Below are positions 36,201 through 51,200 of a stretch of 64,000 nucleotides of DNA, one piece after another (position 1 is the stretch's first letter; each line of letters opens with the position of its first letter). The notes under the pieces are model-generated. The model was not told the origin of the DNA. It saw only the letters and a list, made by a program, of their open reading frames with translations, and made no database searches. The stretch is from Phoronis australis (Eukaryota > Animalia > Phoronida), in the NCBI GenBank assembly GCA_002633005.1, contig NMRA01000070.1, forward strand, positions 277,575 to 341,574. Reading direction: 5' to 3'. A program made the translations under genes and the position numbers.

Positions 36201-39200
36201 CGTAGTGTATGGCAATAGTGGTCCTAGTCAGGTAGTCCCGTAGAAACCTTAACCCAGAGATGCCTCCATGCAGTTAAACAGGTCTTTGCTTTCATTCTAT
36301 CAGATGTTAAGCAGAGGAGTCCTTATTCATTAGCGCCACCTAGTGAATGAAAAGTCTTCCATTTCTGGAGACAGTGGTGTTGTTACCTCCTTTAATCTTG
36401 CTGGTAATGGTACTGAATATTTCAAAGACAGTACAAATTACGAAATAAGTCACCAGCGTTATTCCCATGTTGTTTATAATTCAGTCACTCATCCTTGAAA
36501 TAATGTCCATTCAGTTTATTTTTACATTACATTCTGCTTTTTTGCGTAATGTTTTAGCAATTTCCTTGACTTTCTCACTTGTTTTCTGTTCCACAGCTCG
36601 TTTTGAGCCATGGCATCAAGAAAAGTTTACTCCCTGGAAAAAAGCTGTTTGGTAACCAGTCGGAGGCCTTCGTTAAGAAGCGACAGATTGAGTTGGAAGT
36701 CTATTTACAAACACTTGTTTTCATCCTGCAGAAACTTCCGCCCATCTTGGGTCACTTCCTGGACTTCAATAAATATGTAAGAATATTATATGTTCATATT
36801 ATTGAATTTATGGTAAACTAGTGCTTACCATCTAGGTCAAGCCATCACAAACCCTATCCCACACCTAACCTGAATAGGGAACAAGTTGAGGAAAGTTTTG
36901 TATGTCACATTTCAAGTATCTAGTTTCAACTCCAGGTGACAGGTTACCTACCTCGGATATCAATCTTGTCTGTTGTTAAGCCTCCCTGCAGTCTTCTGTC
37001 TTGCATTACTACTTACACCATTGTTTACCACGATGAATATATTATGAAGAACACGTTTGTCCCGACTTAACTATTGGTCTACAATTCAATTACATTTTTG
37101 CAGCTAGTTTTTGGTGTTTATACCTTTGGAGGAAAATAATTCTAACTAACCTTTCCCAGGGAATTCAATTTCAGAATCAAAAACTGCTAAGAAATCTCTA
37201 GTTTCAAAATACGATGTTGCATTTTATTTCAGCCAGTGTTATATAGATCTACAAAGTCAAGACAAATGCAACATTTGTGCTATTCTGTGAGGAAAGAACT
37301 TAGATATGTGCTTGTGATTCAGAGATTTGATGATGTCAACAGTTATTGGAGCTATTGACAAAGACAGTCACTGTACAAGGTGTTGTGAAACGAATCGCGT
37401 TTCTAATGAAGTGGTTTTAATCAAAGTTCATTTTTCGATGTAATGATAGATTATAGTAGCCTAAAATTTGGTGGTAAAATTGCTAATTATACTATGCCTA
37501 CTGCAACTCATGTTGGTGATGCTATTGGCTATGGTTATGACACTATTAGCAGAGTATGCAGCGTGTATAAGCTGATGGACATCTGTTTGTGATGTTGCTG
37601 GAGAAATGAGTGTGACATGATTTCAGTGTGTCTTGTCTACTGGAACTCTTATAATGATGATGATGCCTGTGGTACAGTTTTGTGTTCGCTCCGTCAATTT
37701 TTTATCAAAAGCAATTGGATGTAGAGCTTACACAAAAGACACAATGTAAAACCAAATTTATTACAAACATGAACATTATATTTCTCCATGAATGATAGGA
37801 CTAGTGTCAAAATTGTAATCGACTTCTCAATTCCAGGAGATTCATGGCATCACTGCCAGCCTGGCTGAGGAACTCTTCAATAAAGGAGAGTGGTTACTGC
37901 ACACGGATGGACTATACCAGTTGACCCCTCTCCACTTACATGCCATCACAGAGAGGCTGAAGCTAGCTGAGCCCACCTGTGGTGAGAAATGAGACATACT
38001 TTAAGTCTCCAACAGGGGGTGCTGGTGTTGCATTTGTGACAGTTCTGCTGTGTGTTGTGCTGTGCATGCTTTGAGAAACTAGTTTAGAATTGACGATTGA
38101 TTTTTAATCACAACGTTCTTGGTTTTTACCTATTTCCCATTGATTTCCTGCTGCTGTCTTTCTTTTAATTTCATTCACTATGTCCAGTCTGACTGATGAA
38201 ACTAGACAGTTTTATGACACTTTGTGTCTTCTTCATTTTGGAAGCGATTGCACTTGACATGTGTTTTCATCTCTGTTGCTAGTGTAATTGTATGAGATGT
38301 ATTAAAAAGGTGAATATATATTTTCCAAGCTCAAATTTCAGCTGGCTAAAACAAGTACTGAAGTGCCCCACTACACTAAGATGTAGAAAGTTCAAATAAA
38401 ATGTAAGGACAGGCAACAGTAGGTATAAAAAATTATGATTTGATATGACAAGTTTGATGTTAACTACCGAGATATTTTCCTAACACCCAAATGTGGTAAC
38501 CGGGGTACTGAGCTTGCTTTTATGGTTACTATCAGGAAAATTTCAGAGGGCCTTCCCTTAGGTAATCAAACTATGCCACCCACCAAAAAGCCATATGGTC
38601 TCAGTTAATGTGCACAAGAAATTTGTTGCTGCAACAACTGCCCAGGCATCCTCTACACTCCTTTGTCATAGTAGACTAAACGAATACATTGGAAAAATCT
38701 GTTAAAGTCCTCTAGTGTCTGCAATAGTTTTGCATCATTTTTTTGTCCCGAATGCGATGCAAATGTCATAAATGTATTCATTTAAATTTTGTGATATTTC
38801 ACATGAAAGTTGTGACCATTTTTCACTTATTTCACTCAAAAATAATGACCAATTTTGTATTCATTTCAAACGAGACTTATGTAGTTTTGAACGGTTTATT
38901 TTTCTATTTTCAAAATCAATTTTGTTAATAGACTTGAACTTCTCTATCTGTACTTTTGTCGAGAAATTTGACAAATTAAATTTACTCTTTTCCATCATAC
39001 TGTGTGGTGTGTAGTTGGAGAACTACCACAATAAAGTTTTGTGACCTGTCGATTGATAGTGGAAGCACACCACTTCAGAGGGGCTGATTAGGTTTCAAAT
39101 CAGGATAGATAAGGGCTGTTGACCAGATATATCATCAGATACTTCTCATTGGGAAGTGAGATGATTTTTAATATTTCGTTCACAAGGCTTGGCTACGATA

Positions 39201-42200
39201 GGTTCCATAAGCACACTGAAATTGGCAACAGTCAGTTGCACGGGTCCTGGATTTTGAGTACCAGTTTGATGGCTGTTACACAGTGGGCAAAGTTGACTCT
39301 CAAAATGTGGCAAACCTGTTAATGACCCTAAAATTTTATCTCTGTATAAGCAATCGTTGCCTTGAATGTCCTAGCGTTTTTCTGTGTCTCCCCAGTCTAT
39401 GCATGACGTTGCCTCATTTTTTTGCAGAAAGTGGAGATCCCAAGCACGACATCGGCCATGTGCTGGATTTTCTCACACGGTTGCGCCACCTAAGGGTCAT
39501 TGGAAGTACTAACACTGTGGAGAAGAGCAATATCAACATGAATGATCTGGAGTTTGACTTGAGTCACTTCAAAGGGTTGCAAGTATTAGAGGTTGGTTTT
39601 AAGTGCAACAGTGTTGGTGGTGAGGATGCACGTACTCTCAAGAGGGGAGTGTATGAGTTAAACATTGAATAAAATTAGGTTACCTGGCTTTTGTAGGCGC
39701 AATAATCTTAAAGTGCCATGCTGTCCTAGTGAAGTCAATAACCTGCCGTTGAAGCAATGAATTAATTCCATTTGGTGCATGGCTGTGTAATTGGGAAAGC
39801 CAGCTGGTATTTGAAAGCAACAGCAGCAAGGTGTTCCATCCAAAAACATGAATCAGAGCTAGGTGGCGCTACTTGTGGCTTTATGTTATGTTAATGTTTT
39901 TAATGCTATACTGTCGTTTAGTTTAGAACACCAGATTTCTCCATTGAAGTCTTAATTTTGGCAAAAGTTGTAAACATTTCAAGAGAATCGGAAGAAATGC
40001 TGCTATGAATTGGGAGAGATTGAAAAATTTTGACAGAAAGATATTTGGACATATTTCAATTCTTTTGTTTTTCTTTCCTCATTAAAACGCTTGGAATTCA
40101 TTAAGGTGCTAGGGAAACAATGTTATACCTGTTGATGTATTCACGCGATAACCTTAAGAGACCTATATAATCTCCCAAAGACTGTCATCGTGGGAAACAT
40201 CCTTCCCTGAGCAAGTTTACAAAAATAGTTGTTTTAGCTGTGATTAGCGAATATTGAGTTTCCCATTGTATGGAATATGCTGCAGCTGTTGTTGACGTTT
40301 TTCAGCTGCACAACTGCAGTGCTGCTAAAATCCTTGGTCTGGACACCATCAAAAGAAATCTCAAGAAGATCTGCGCACATCGATCTGTCAAAGCTGTTAA
40401 GGTAGTTCATCCAGCACTGATTTCGTCCATCGACTTTTTCATATTTGTTGTGTGCAGAAGATGTCAAGGCAATTGGCTGGCACATAAGTTTGCTTTTTTC
40501 GGTATGAAAAGATAAGTAGGAAACTTCCCAGGTTAGAATTGCTGTGGTTTTGCAGCCAGCAATTACTAAGGACTGCTTGTGTAGGAAGTAAACTTTCAAT
40601 TATACTTGTTGCAAATGTGGGGTGTGTTTCATGGAAAGTGATAAAGAGTTTTGTTTCACCTTACACCCACATAATTATTTGTGAAAAGTATTTTAATCTT
40701 AATTTGCAAAAAGTCTCTGAAAATATACCCATAACTAGAGGTTAGTAATGGTTTAGGTGTTGCTAAACTCTGAGGTGCATAGAAAAATTTGTTTAATAAT
40801 TATAGCAAATGTATATGCAAGACCAAAATTTAAACTAGAGTCATTTTTCATAAAACAAACCCCTTGCCTGTGTTCCCTAGTTGCAAGAATCTCATCAGGT
40901 CTAAAATCACCTGAGAATTTGTGAGATATCACCATGTGTTATTACTAGCATATTTGGGAAAATCTTACATATACGCAGCGCATGCCTGGTCTTAACATAG
41001 TATCAAATAAATGTGTATACCATCTGAAAAAAATCATGTGTACTGAGCATTCAGTAGCTATCAAGACTGACATTTAAGCTGCCTTCATCACATAGTTCTT
41101 ACTAACACTTCAACGTTTCTTGTGAATTAACCCTTGTGAAAAGAAGCAAGATTGTCACTAGCTCACCACGATTCATCAAGTGCCTGATGAGGTCATGTCT
41201 ATATGTCTTGGAAATTACTCTTTGCATATGTATATTTCCAGGAAATTACTCTTCGTGATCTTCCCGATTGGGTTCCGTTCACTAGGCAACAGGCAATAAA
41301 GTCTTGTTATTTGCTTTAAACTTGGTTTTATAGCCCACATTCAGTTTTGACCGGCGTTTCTGTCAATGTGGTGTAGCTCATATTATTTCAGTTTCATGAC
41401 TACGACTAAATCTACTGTTTTGTATTTCATAGCAAAATATGTCAAATTGAAATGCAATGCCAGCTTTGCTGTACTACATGGTATTTTAACAGTAATGTGT
41501 AGTTTTAATCATGCATTAGCTGGACAACAATCTGGTTTTTGTGGTACTGAGGGGAATTATGCCCATCGGTTTATATTCGGAAAATCTTCTAAAAGATATT
41601 ATGTTGAAAATCTGATGAATTGTTCTAAAATGTGTATTGATATGAAGTTTTGTTGATTTTGGTAAGACGTAATATTTTTTGGGATTGTGATTTCACTCAA
41701 ATGACTATCATCTAACGAGACATTGCATGTTGTGACTTGGTTGGTAACTAATAGTATTTACCTCAGTACAAAGGACAGTTTTAACACTCAGTCTCTGTGT
41801 TTGCTAAATGCGAAATACATGCTGACAAATAAGATTCTTACTAATGACATACAACTTCATACATTAAAAACATGTTTGTTTCAAGCAGTTTCTGAAAATA
41901 CACCGTGGGTTATATTTGGATTCATTTCACATTTTTGAAAGGCTGTTTGTAAATGCTCACCCATGGGTCTAGTTTGGGAAATTCCGGTTAATGCAGTCGA
42001 CGAAAATGTGTCGTGAATAGCCATGTTTCACCAGTGACTGAATGTGGGCTTTGTTAGGTAAGCCTGTGTTATGTTGGGTTATATTCGGGGCATGTGTGCT
42101 TCACATTGCTTTTGGCTTGATGGGTGTACAGTAAAGATTCTTCCAATTTGGATTAATGATAATTGGCGGAAATTCTGAACATTTTGTCAGCAATGCTGGA

Positions 42201-45200
42201 ACGTGACGCATGTACTGCACAATCCATGGTAGCAATGAGGCAGTGTTCAGTGTTTATGTCACGGAATTTCACAAAATATTTTTTCTGTCTTATTGTGGCT
42301 TTAATTGAAAGATCTTTGCTGTACATGTACAGTACAGTTCACACATGAATGTCTTACGCGTGGCTACGTTTGATCAGGCAAGCTAATGCTGTTACCTCAT
42401 TTGGATTTTCTCGCTCCCCTACTTACCATTGCTCGGTTACCTTGAAAAAGACTACTCGTGAGTTGGCTTGTCAAAACAACTTGAACAAGCGTGTTGGGCC
42501 AGACACCTTTTCCAACATCTTATTCCAAGCTTTGACAACTTTGCCTTTTGATAACCAATGCTGTGCAAGCTTGAATATGATTCAAGCTGACTGTCTTTTA
42601 TTGGTCAATTCTTGTTCCCACTTATGATCAAAATAAACACGTCCCGTGCCTTGATCAACCGTGACCGCGTGGCTCCCTCGGTACACTTAGGTACGCTGAA
42701 ATAAAGACACCTGCCATATTGTTACCAAGGTCACGCAAGCTCGTTGTGGAATCTTGATGAAGTTTGGCCCAAAAAAACTTGTTATTGTATTGTCCAAGCT
42801 TGAATAATAATATTGGCCAAGGTGGAGTTCTTTTATGCTTAATTAAGCTCGCCTTGCTGGGAGATTGATCGTCTTACCGCCTCCTTCAGGTATCTGGTCA
42901 CTGCCGTGTTGCCACCGTTTGACAAAATATTCATGAACTGGACTAGGATTTTCAGCAGGAGTGTAAAGTGATATCTTTTAATTGGTTGAATTATTTTGAG
43001 CCTTGAATTTGGGCTAAGATTTTTTGACACATAAGTGAAAGATATCCGCAATTTTCATTTCTGGCTCATATGACACTGTAGTGTCAAAACTTTGTTGACT
43101 AGTGAGGGCTTGTGTGCATGTGAAAACTGTCGGAAATCCAAAGAAGTTGATAAGATATGTCAGTTAGCGACATTGATGGGAGATACGACAGGTAATTACA
43201 TTGATTTCATTTCTCCTTACTTGATGAGGAGTTGCACTGATATCAAACGATGGGCAAACGGAGCTGGGAATGCTTGCAGTACTCTGTAGAGAGTGTTCCT
43301 ATGATTTCCTTTCTGCCAAATGTAGTAATTGTGCTATGGGTGAGTGTTGGCATAGTTGATCTTAGAGAAGTCATAGACTTGTGCTAAGGAAAGGGACTCG
43401 TTAGACACTCGAGGAGTGACGTCTTAGACAGTGAGATGAGTGTACAGTGACAGAGTTTCATGAGTTTTATTCAAATGTTGTGTTACTGTAAAAACGTAAT
43501 GTAATTTAAAAGTGAGGCAAAGGATACAATAGGCCAGAGTCAATCTTCCAAAGGTGACTCCCATTGGAATGTTGTTACAATGCTACATGAGGGAATCGCT
43601 TTTTGGAAAGCGAAACTAATTTTCTCAATACTTTTCTCACACTGGCAGCGCACAATAAAATATTTAACTCCTAATAAAAGAAAGTTATTGCGTTCAACAT
43701 GCTGGATAGGCACCTCACTGTCTTACACGGTCATGTCCCTGTTGCTCATTAACAAATATGAATTACATTTATTATGCTTAACAAACTGGTAAAGGTGTAC
43801 ATTACCTGAACAAGTATCACTAAAGCTAAGACTGCATTGTGTCCTGTTTAGCAGGCTAAAAAAATTTAAAATTGGTCTTTTACGGTTAGTCTTATCATAT
43901 TCCTTACCGTGATAGAATTCTATTTCGGTTACTAACAACTCAAATCATAGGCAATTTGTACATGCGCCATTTTTGAATTCACAAGCACTTTCTTGAGAAT
44001 CTGATGGTTTCGATCATTTTGTTGACATAAAATCCTATTATGGTAAGGAATATTATGAGACTGGTTTTTTTGAAGTACAAACTGTAATTCAGTTTTCGTT
44101 AATAACCGGCTAAACAGGGCAATGGTTTGTCTTAGGCTGAACAATTCTGTGCGTGCACTCCTGTTTTGTGCTATAAACTGTCTTATCTTCTTATTTAAAA
44201 AGCTAACTATTGATTTAGACCAATTTCTGTCGTGATGTTCCTTACTCAGATTAGAAATGATTTCTGCATGAGGCTTGATACCACAGTGGGTTTGACTTGG
44301 TGGCTTACTTATGTGCCAAGCATGATGTTACTCAATAAGTTGATGAACTGTTAGCTCTTTCCAAGTCTAATCTGAGGCCTAACTGCAGTAATTGATCTAA
44401 ATCAAACGTTAGTTTTTGACACAAGGTGGGCTTAGCACATTTAGTCTGTTCATACAGGTGTTTTATATGGTAGCAGGTTCAGTGTCGTCATTTAGGCATT
44501 TAATGTCGGGTCCACGTATTTTGCCTGTGACCATAAATTTTATGGTTCGATATCAAGCTTTGCTGATCAGTGGCATGTCTGATGCTGTTGTTAATTGCTT
44601 AATCTCTAATATTCAGGATCTGTTGATACATGAGGACACAACGTGCTGGAATCCATTTGATGAAGACGGTGTGTCTTTGCCTGAATGGAGCAAGGTGTCA
44701 TGGTTAGATCTGAGTGACAATGATGTTGGTGAAATGGATGAAAGTCTGGTAAGTGGGTGCAATATGTAGGTTGAAGTAAAAAGACGAAATTAGTTTATAG
44801 ACCACTCTCGTGTTCCGTGCATTTTTGTGCACCCGAAAATTTAGATGAAGTGATTCGGATGAAAACATCACTATTTAGAAATGTGCCTTGTGCGTTTGAT
44901 TTGAATGATGATTGGGGATGAATTGAGAATAATCAAGCATTGATTGTTGTAAGAAAATGAGATTAAGAAAACGAAAACTAAAATATTTGACGTAACTAAG
45001 GTTTTATATTTATTTTTATTTATCTTTCTTTATTCCTTATAATTGTGCTCAACACTGCACTAATTTTAATATATGTTTTAAACTATATTTAAAAATACAA
45101 ATTTCTGTTTATTTTTATTCATATATTAAAATCACACCATGTTTAAAATCTCCCAGTTAGGTTTTCTAACAGTGACTCATGCTTAATTTCTCATAATTGC

Positions 45201-48200
45201 ACTGTCTATAAACTGATAACGTGTTCGTCGGTGGCTTCCTTGTCTAGATTCTCCGGTGCAAGCTTTTTTCAAGTAGTTGGTTTTAACTTGACTTATTTAT
45301 CACGTTATCTGACTTTAAGAAACTGCTACCACGGGTGGAGTATCTAGACTTCCATAACAACCGTCTGGAGGGTGTTGCCTACCTGAGTCATCTGAGCTGT
45401 TTGACACACCTGGACCTTTCCAATAACTGCATTCACCTCCTGAGTGACCTTCACACCAAGCTGGGCAACATCAAGAGTCTCAACCTGGCTGGGAACAAAC
45501 TGGAGAGTCTCCAAGGTATGTGCCCTAGGCTGTAACGCCACCTAGTGAAAGGATGGTGAACAACACGCAGAAATCTCGGTGTGGGCATGGGTGCGCATGG
45601 CTTAGTTTGAACATTTATCACATATCGTAGAGTTTGTGTCCTGTCATTTAGATGAGTCCGAAACAGCAACCATGTGGTCTCTGAGTAAGTAAATTGCTTA
45701 CCTGTCTCATGATCAATAGAACATGTTTATTCTATGTGATGGCAATCCAGAGACCGTGGTACACATGGTTGGAGGGGAATATCTAAACCATGTTACTTAT
45801 TAACCCATATATTGTGTGGGAATGAGCTGGAAAAATTCGAACACTTAAACGGCATTTTGTTGTTTTCTTTGACGCCATGTAGTCTTGCATCTGTCAAAAA
45901 ACTCAAACTTGAGTGTAATACATCATTCTGTTCTTGTGGTTGCAGCAGCCATAAGCCCCATTGACATTTCTCAATAGATGGAGCAGTAGGCTGATTCATT
46001 TCTCAACATCAGCCAGTCGGAGTGTTTGAAATGTTATTTCCCAACCAATTGGAATGTCCCAGTGTTAGTTTTGTCCTGTTAACTAATGGTAAGCCATGTT
46101 ACATGGTAGTTTCACAGTGCTACCCCTCGTGACACTGGGATAAAATGTACAAATATGTTTAGATAAGACTAATTTATGAGCATTTAGGTAGAATTTTAGT
46201 AATTTTGGACACATTACAAGGGACAAGAACTCTAATTTTTATTATACAGATACTAAGTAGCAACAAAGCAACATTTTTATTATCATTTTCAAGTTGTACT
46301 TGACGAATAATTCAAATTTGTTTGCTTGTTAAATAAAGTGCTGCAGTTAACATATTGCATTCCTTTGAAATTTTTGATCATTCACAACAATTAGAAGCCC
46401 GTTAGGAATGGAGAAAGATGATTGTGGCTATTGCTTTTGTCTGAAATTTGGAAAATTTAAAAATTGGCTGGTAAAATGTGTGGAAATCATTATGCTGAAG
46501 TGGTTAACCATGGATGTGAGGTTTTTAAAATGTTTAAACTGCCGTTGGAAATCCTCTGTTGGTGGTAGGGGATCTGTTAAAAATGGTTCCACTCTTTTGA
46601 ATGTTAACTCTAAATCTAGGCTGTGAAAGTTTCAAAGCATTTGTTAAGTCCAACTTCTTCCTATTCGAAGAAAAATAATAATTGCAAAAATTGTCATTTT
46701 TCAAAAGCTCGTAACTAAAGGTGAGAATTTCACCACCTGTTGGTTGACGAGAGGTGTATAATGTAAACTTTGCTAAAAATGAAATCAGAGTTTCAACAGT
46801 CTTAGCTAAGACCAGACTTATGAACTTGGATGAAACGAGTCCATGATGTTTATTTCTTGAACATTTGTATGTATCAAAAAGTCAGATACCCGATAGTAGA
46901 GTGTCGCTTTTGAGTTTACCTTCCAGCCATAATTTTACTGTTCTAGGTATAGCTAAACTCTACTCGTTAGAGTACCTTGATGTTGGCAACAACGAGATAT
47001 CACAGATCTTGGAGATACGCCATGTGGCCCACTTGCCGTGCCTGGAGAATCTCAACCTGTCTGGTAACCCAGTAACTGTTGTCCTTGACTACAGGATAAA
47101 GGTGCTTCAGCTATTTGGAAACAGAGCTAACGAGGTAGTATGCTGGGAAACTTTGTTGATAATTTGAACTGGCCGGCAATACAGTTACAAAGTCATTACC
47201 TAGTGGTCCATGTTTCTTGCTTTAGCTTGGTTCAAGAAAGTACATGGTAAAATGTATGTGTAGCCAGCATAAAAATGGGGGTGTTTGAGACGTGTCTTAT
47301 GGATTACTCTTTGGTTGCATAGACGTTAGTAGACACATCGATGATTTTTGAAAATCGATAAGGTTCAATACACAGAGTATGTGCCCATATTCATTCTGGT
47401 CTTTGAAAACAGATACATTTAGAAAATTAATGTGGTCAGTAACATGTTCCGTCTATCTAATTGCCCACAGGTCAGTCTGGACAATCAAAAGATCAATGAG
47501 CGTGAGATGGACACTCTAGCCGTGTTGATGGCTATACAGAAGGCTAGAGAGATAAAGGAGAGGGGCAAGAGGACGCAGTCACGCATGGTGAGCTGCCATA
47601 TCATATCTCTGGCTCAAATTTACACGTTCCTCTCCCGAAGCTTATCCAAAACTATTTAACCAAACAAATTTTATTGAATAGTAGGCTTGGATCATTATTA
47701 GTAGGCCACTGACATTTTAATATGTTTTACGGCTATTGTAATGTTTACTTGAATACATTAAAGATGTATTTGCATGCTCCTAAGCTGCTAATGTATAACG
47801 GGAACTAAGCGACAATGTTGTATGCACATCATCTACACTAATTAAAGTGCAGTTGTATTCACATGTCTGACAACTTGTAAGTGTGAAATCAAAAAATTCT
47901 GCCAATAGGTGGCCTTTGCATTAATGGTGTACCTTGGGGGCTCACATAGCTCTCATCATGCAGTCTTATTCCCTAACATCTGGCTACGATACTTGCTGGA
48001 CATGGTACAGTGATTTGCGGTGGATCATTTTCGCCAAAAAACTCATTCTTAAAAACAGCTGGGAATTTTCAACCTACTTCATATTCACATCGTCACTATA
48101 TGTTGTGTTTTTAACTAATTTGACTAAGCAATCATAGAGATAAGGAATTTGCCTGCAAGTTCCACTTTAAGGTATCCTCAAATTTGAACAAAATTAATGA

Positions 48201-51200
48201 CCAAAATTGTCATATTTTCCTATTTTGGGCTTGGAGGGGGTACATAGTCCACATAGTGTCTTAGAATTTTGCGGGTGACTGTAAATCATGGTGTCATTCA
48301 CGCACAATAGGCCTTTTGTGATAAGCAAGGTCAGTGGAAAGTAGTTCTATGTGAGCCCTGCTCTTAGTCACACGGCAGTCACAGTTGGACTGTCTAATTA
48401 AACACAGTTTAACAAAGGGTTTTTGATCCTGGTTGAGAAGATAATTATTTTATTACTCCCTGTACATTATGAATAGCTGAGCCCAGAATGATTTTCAAAC
48501 TCTGTATTGCCAAAAATGTTGAAAAATTTTTCATCATGTGTTTGTTGATGACAGTCGTACTAATTTGAAGACATTTTACCGTTAGTAGTGATTTGAAGGC
48601 AAGTTCTTGTATTTAACCGCCTCGTTTACTTATTTTCAAAGTCTGTAAAAAGTATTTTTATTGCTTGAGACATTATGGACTGCTATCAATTCTTCTCTTT
48701 TTCAAGGGTATTTTTCATTGGGTTTTATTTCTTTCTATTTTAGTCCGTAAAGTTATTGTGTATCAGATAGCATAATCCTAAGTAGCCATGTTGCTCGGTT
48801 AAAGGTGTCATAACGTCTTGTTACTCTCCAGTATTGGAGATTAATTTAACTCCAGTCATTGACTTCCTGTTTGATTTGCAGCAGTCTGTAGAAGTAAACA
48901 TTGAGGAACGAACAGAGAGTAAAGATGCTGCTGCAGGTGATTTTCATGATTGTTTCTGATCTTGTTAAAAATTCCGTTATGATCCGTTGTTGTGCGAGCC
49001 GTGTTGTCTGCGGCTGATAAGTTCTGTGATAATAGGTCTTGAGGAATGAGATGTCACTTTTGATAGCTGTTGAAAGAAGTCAATTCCTATGCACCACACA
49101 TTTTGAATAGCTTTCCTACACTTAAATGTCTGTCAGAAAATTTCATGCTTAACCCCAACGTCATATGTAATCCGAACTGGCGGCCTTTAAAAGATCACGA
49201 CCATTCGGCATTGTTCTGTTGCAGGGACCTCTGATGGCGAAACCGCAGCGACTCAGTCCGAGGTTGGCACACTACAGCTGAAGATTGAGTCAATCAGAGA
49301 GAAGGCTGGCGAGGGTTGGTTGCAGACATTGAACGCCCTACAGAATACACCACCTGTCAAGGTGCAGTCCATTGGAAATGCTGATGCCAATTTAGTCAAG
49401 ACTGAGTACTAAGTGATGGCCTGAGATTGTGGTGTTAACAAACATGGCTTTGGTCACTTACAGGGGTCTTGGATGTTGAGAACCAGGGCCCGGTCTCTAA
49501 TCTTTGTACTCGAAACGAACTCGAAACTATTTTTGGCAATTTCTCTGCTCCTTTTGTGCGAACTTAAGATAATTGGTTATCAGACTGTGCTCGAATACAT
49601 TATAGTTTATGCATAGGAGTTTCTAGTTCAAGTTTGCCCTTGAAGACCCTTGTATTCGTGCTACAAACTCGAGTAAAAACTCGAAATTTCGAGTTCAAAC
49701 TCGAACTTATTGCTTTAATATTGGGTTTACAAACTGTGAACTAAGGGCAATAAATTATCTACGTAAGTTATTGTGTACTCGAGCATAGAATAATNNNNNN
49801 NNNNNNNNNNNNNNNNNNNNNNNNNNNNNNNNNNNNNNNNNNNNNNNNNNNNNNNNNNNNNNNNNNNNNNNNNNNNNNNNNNNNNNNNNNNNNNNNNNNN
49901 NNNNNNNNNNNNNNNNNNNNNNNNNNNNNNNNNNNNNNNNNNNNNNNNNNNNNNNNNNNNNNNNNNNNNNNNNNNNNNNNNNNNNNNNNNNNNNNNNNNN
50001 NNNNNNNNCAGTTTACACCCACGAACAAGCAAAATGCATGGCACAGTTTACACCCACGAACAAGCAAAATGCATGGCACAGTTTACACCCACGAACAAGC
50101 AAAATGCATGGCACAGTTTCTATCACACCATCTCCCTTTATCAACTTTGGAAAGTCCAGTGGCACAGCAAACTGCTTCAGTTTATGAATCAAATGCTTTT
50201 AAAAACTATTGGAAACATTATGCTGTAATTCTAGAAGAAGAGGGAGTGACCCGGGCATTACTTTTCGAGTGGAAACTTTATATCATCATTGCTCGAATAT
50301 TATAGGTTTGTTTTGACAGCGGAATGTCTCAGTGTGTGCCCCCTCAGTTGGAAGGCCTTAGTGTCTGTCTTAAGGCTATCGATATTATTTTTGTTTGAAT
50401 TTCAGGAAACTTCACTTTTCTGAAAATAGAAACCCAGTAAACTTTTAATTAGTCTTTAACAGTGTAATACACTTAAGTTTCATCAAGCTTTGCTTGTGTG
50501 CAGCATGTGAACATGTTTATATTTCATCTAGTCTCTGTTCCGTGCATTATTTATCGTTGATCTCTAAACATTTCAGGTTCATGATTTTGACTCCCCGTAC
50601 GTGTCACCCAACCTGTCTCCTGGACCAGCGCCACCTACCACCATAGTTCTCACACATAACAGGTGCGTGGCTTTCCCCATGTTGTAACTAGAAGGAGGAA
50701 TATAATGTTGCAACCTGTGCACAAGTCAACACACTCTGTGTGTCGTGTCTCTACAGTTGTATAACTTTTCTCCAAGCTGGTTTGTCTGGATAAACTTAAC
50801 TTTAAATGTGCCAGTTAGAGACCTAAGGATGGGCAACTTAATTTGCAAGATGGTAGTTTTAAATGTGAAATGTTATGCATGAGCAGTATTAATAGCAAAA
50901 TACTGTAGATAAAGTCACGACCTTGTGGGCGAAACAGTGAAAACGTTTAAAGATGCAACTATCTCAAATATAACATTTTTGCTTACATTCAGATTTTAGC
51001 CCAGTTGTTATTCTTGTTGAGTGTATGCGTATCGTGCATGATCACATTGATGCATTATAAATGTTGCCAAACAAAATGTTGACTGGCTTATAAACCTTTC
51101 AATGAAAATATTGAACATACATTCAACAGCAGGTGTAAATTTTAAGATGGGGAATACTGTCTTTTAGTCTACGTATTTTTTTGAAAATTAAATAATTCAT

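Noticed and set aside
41180-41220. CTGATGAG...GAAA hammerhead-like core
   Set aside because: No convincing stem II or flanking stems.
50009-50119. CRISPR-like 35-bp repeat
   Set aside because: The units are head-to-tail with no spacers in a eukaryotic intron, so this is a minisatellite.
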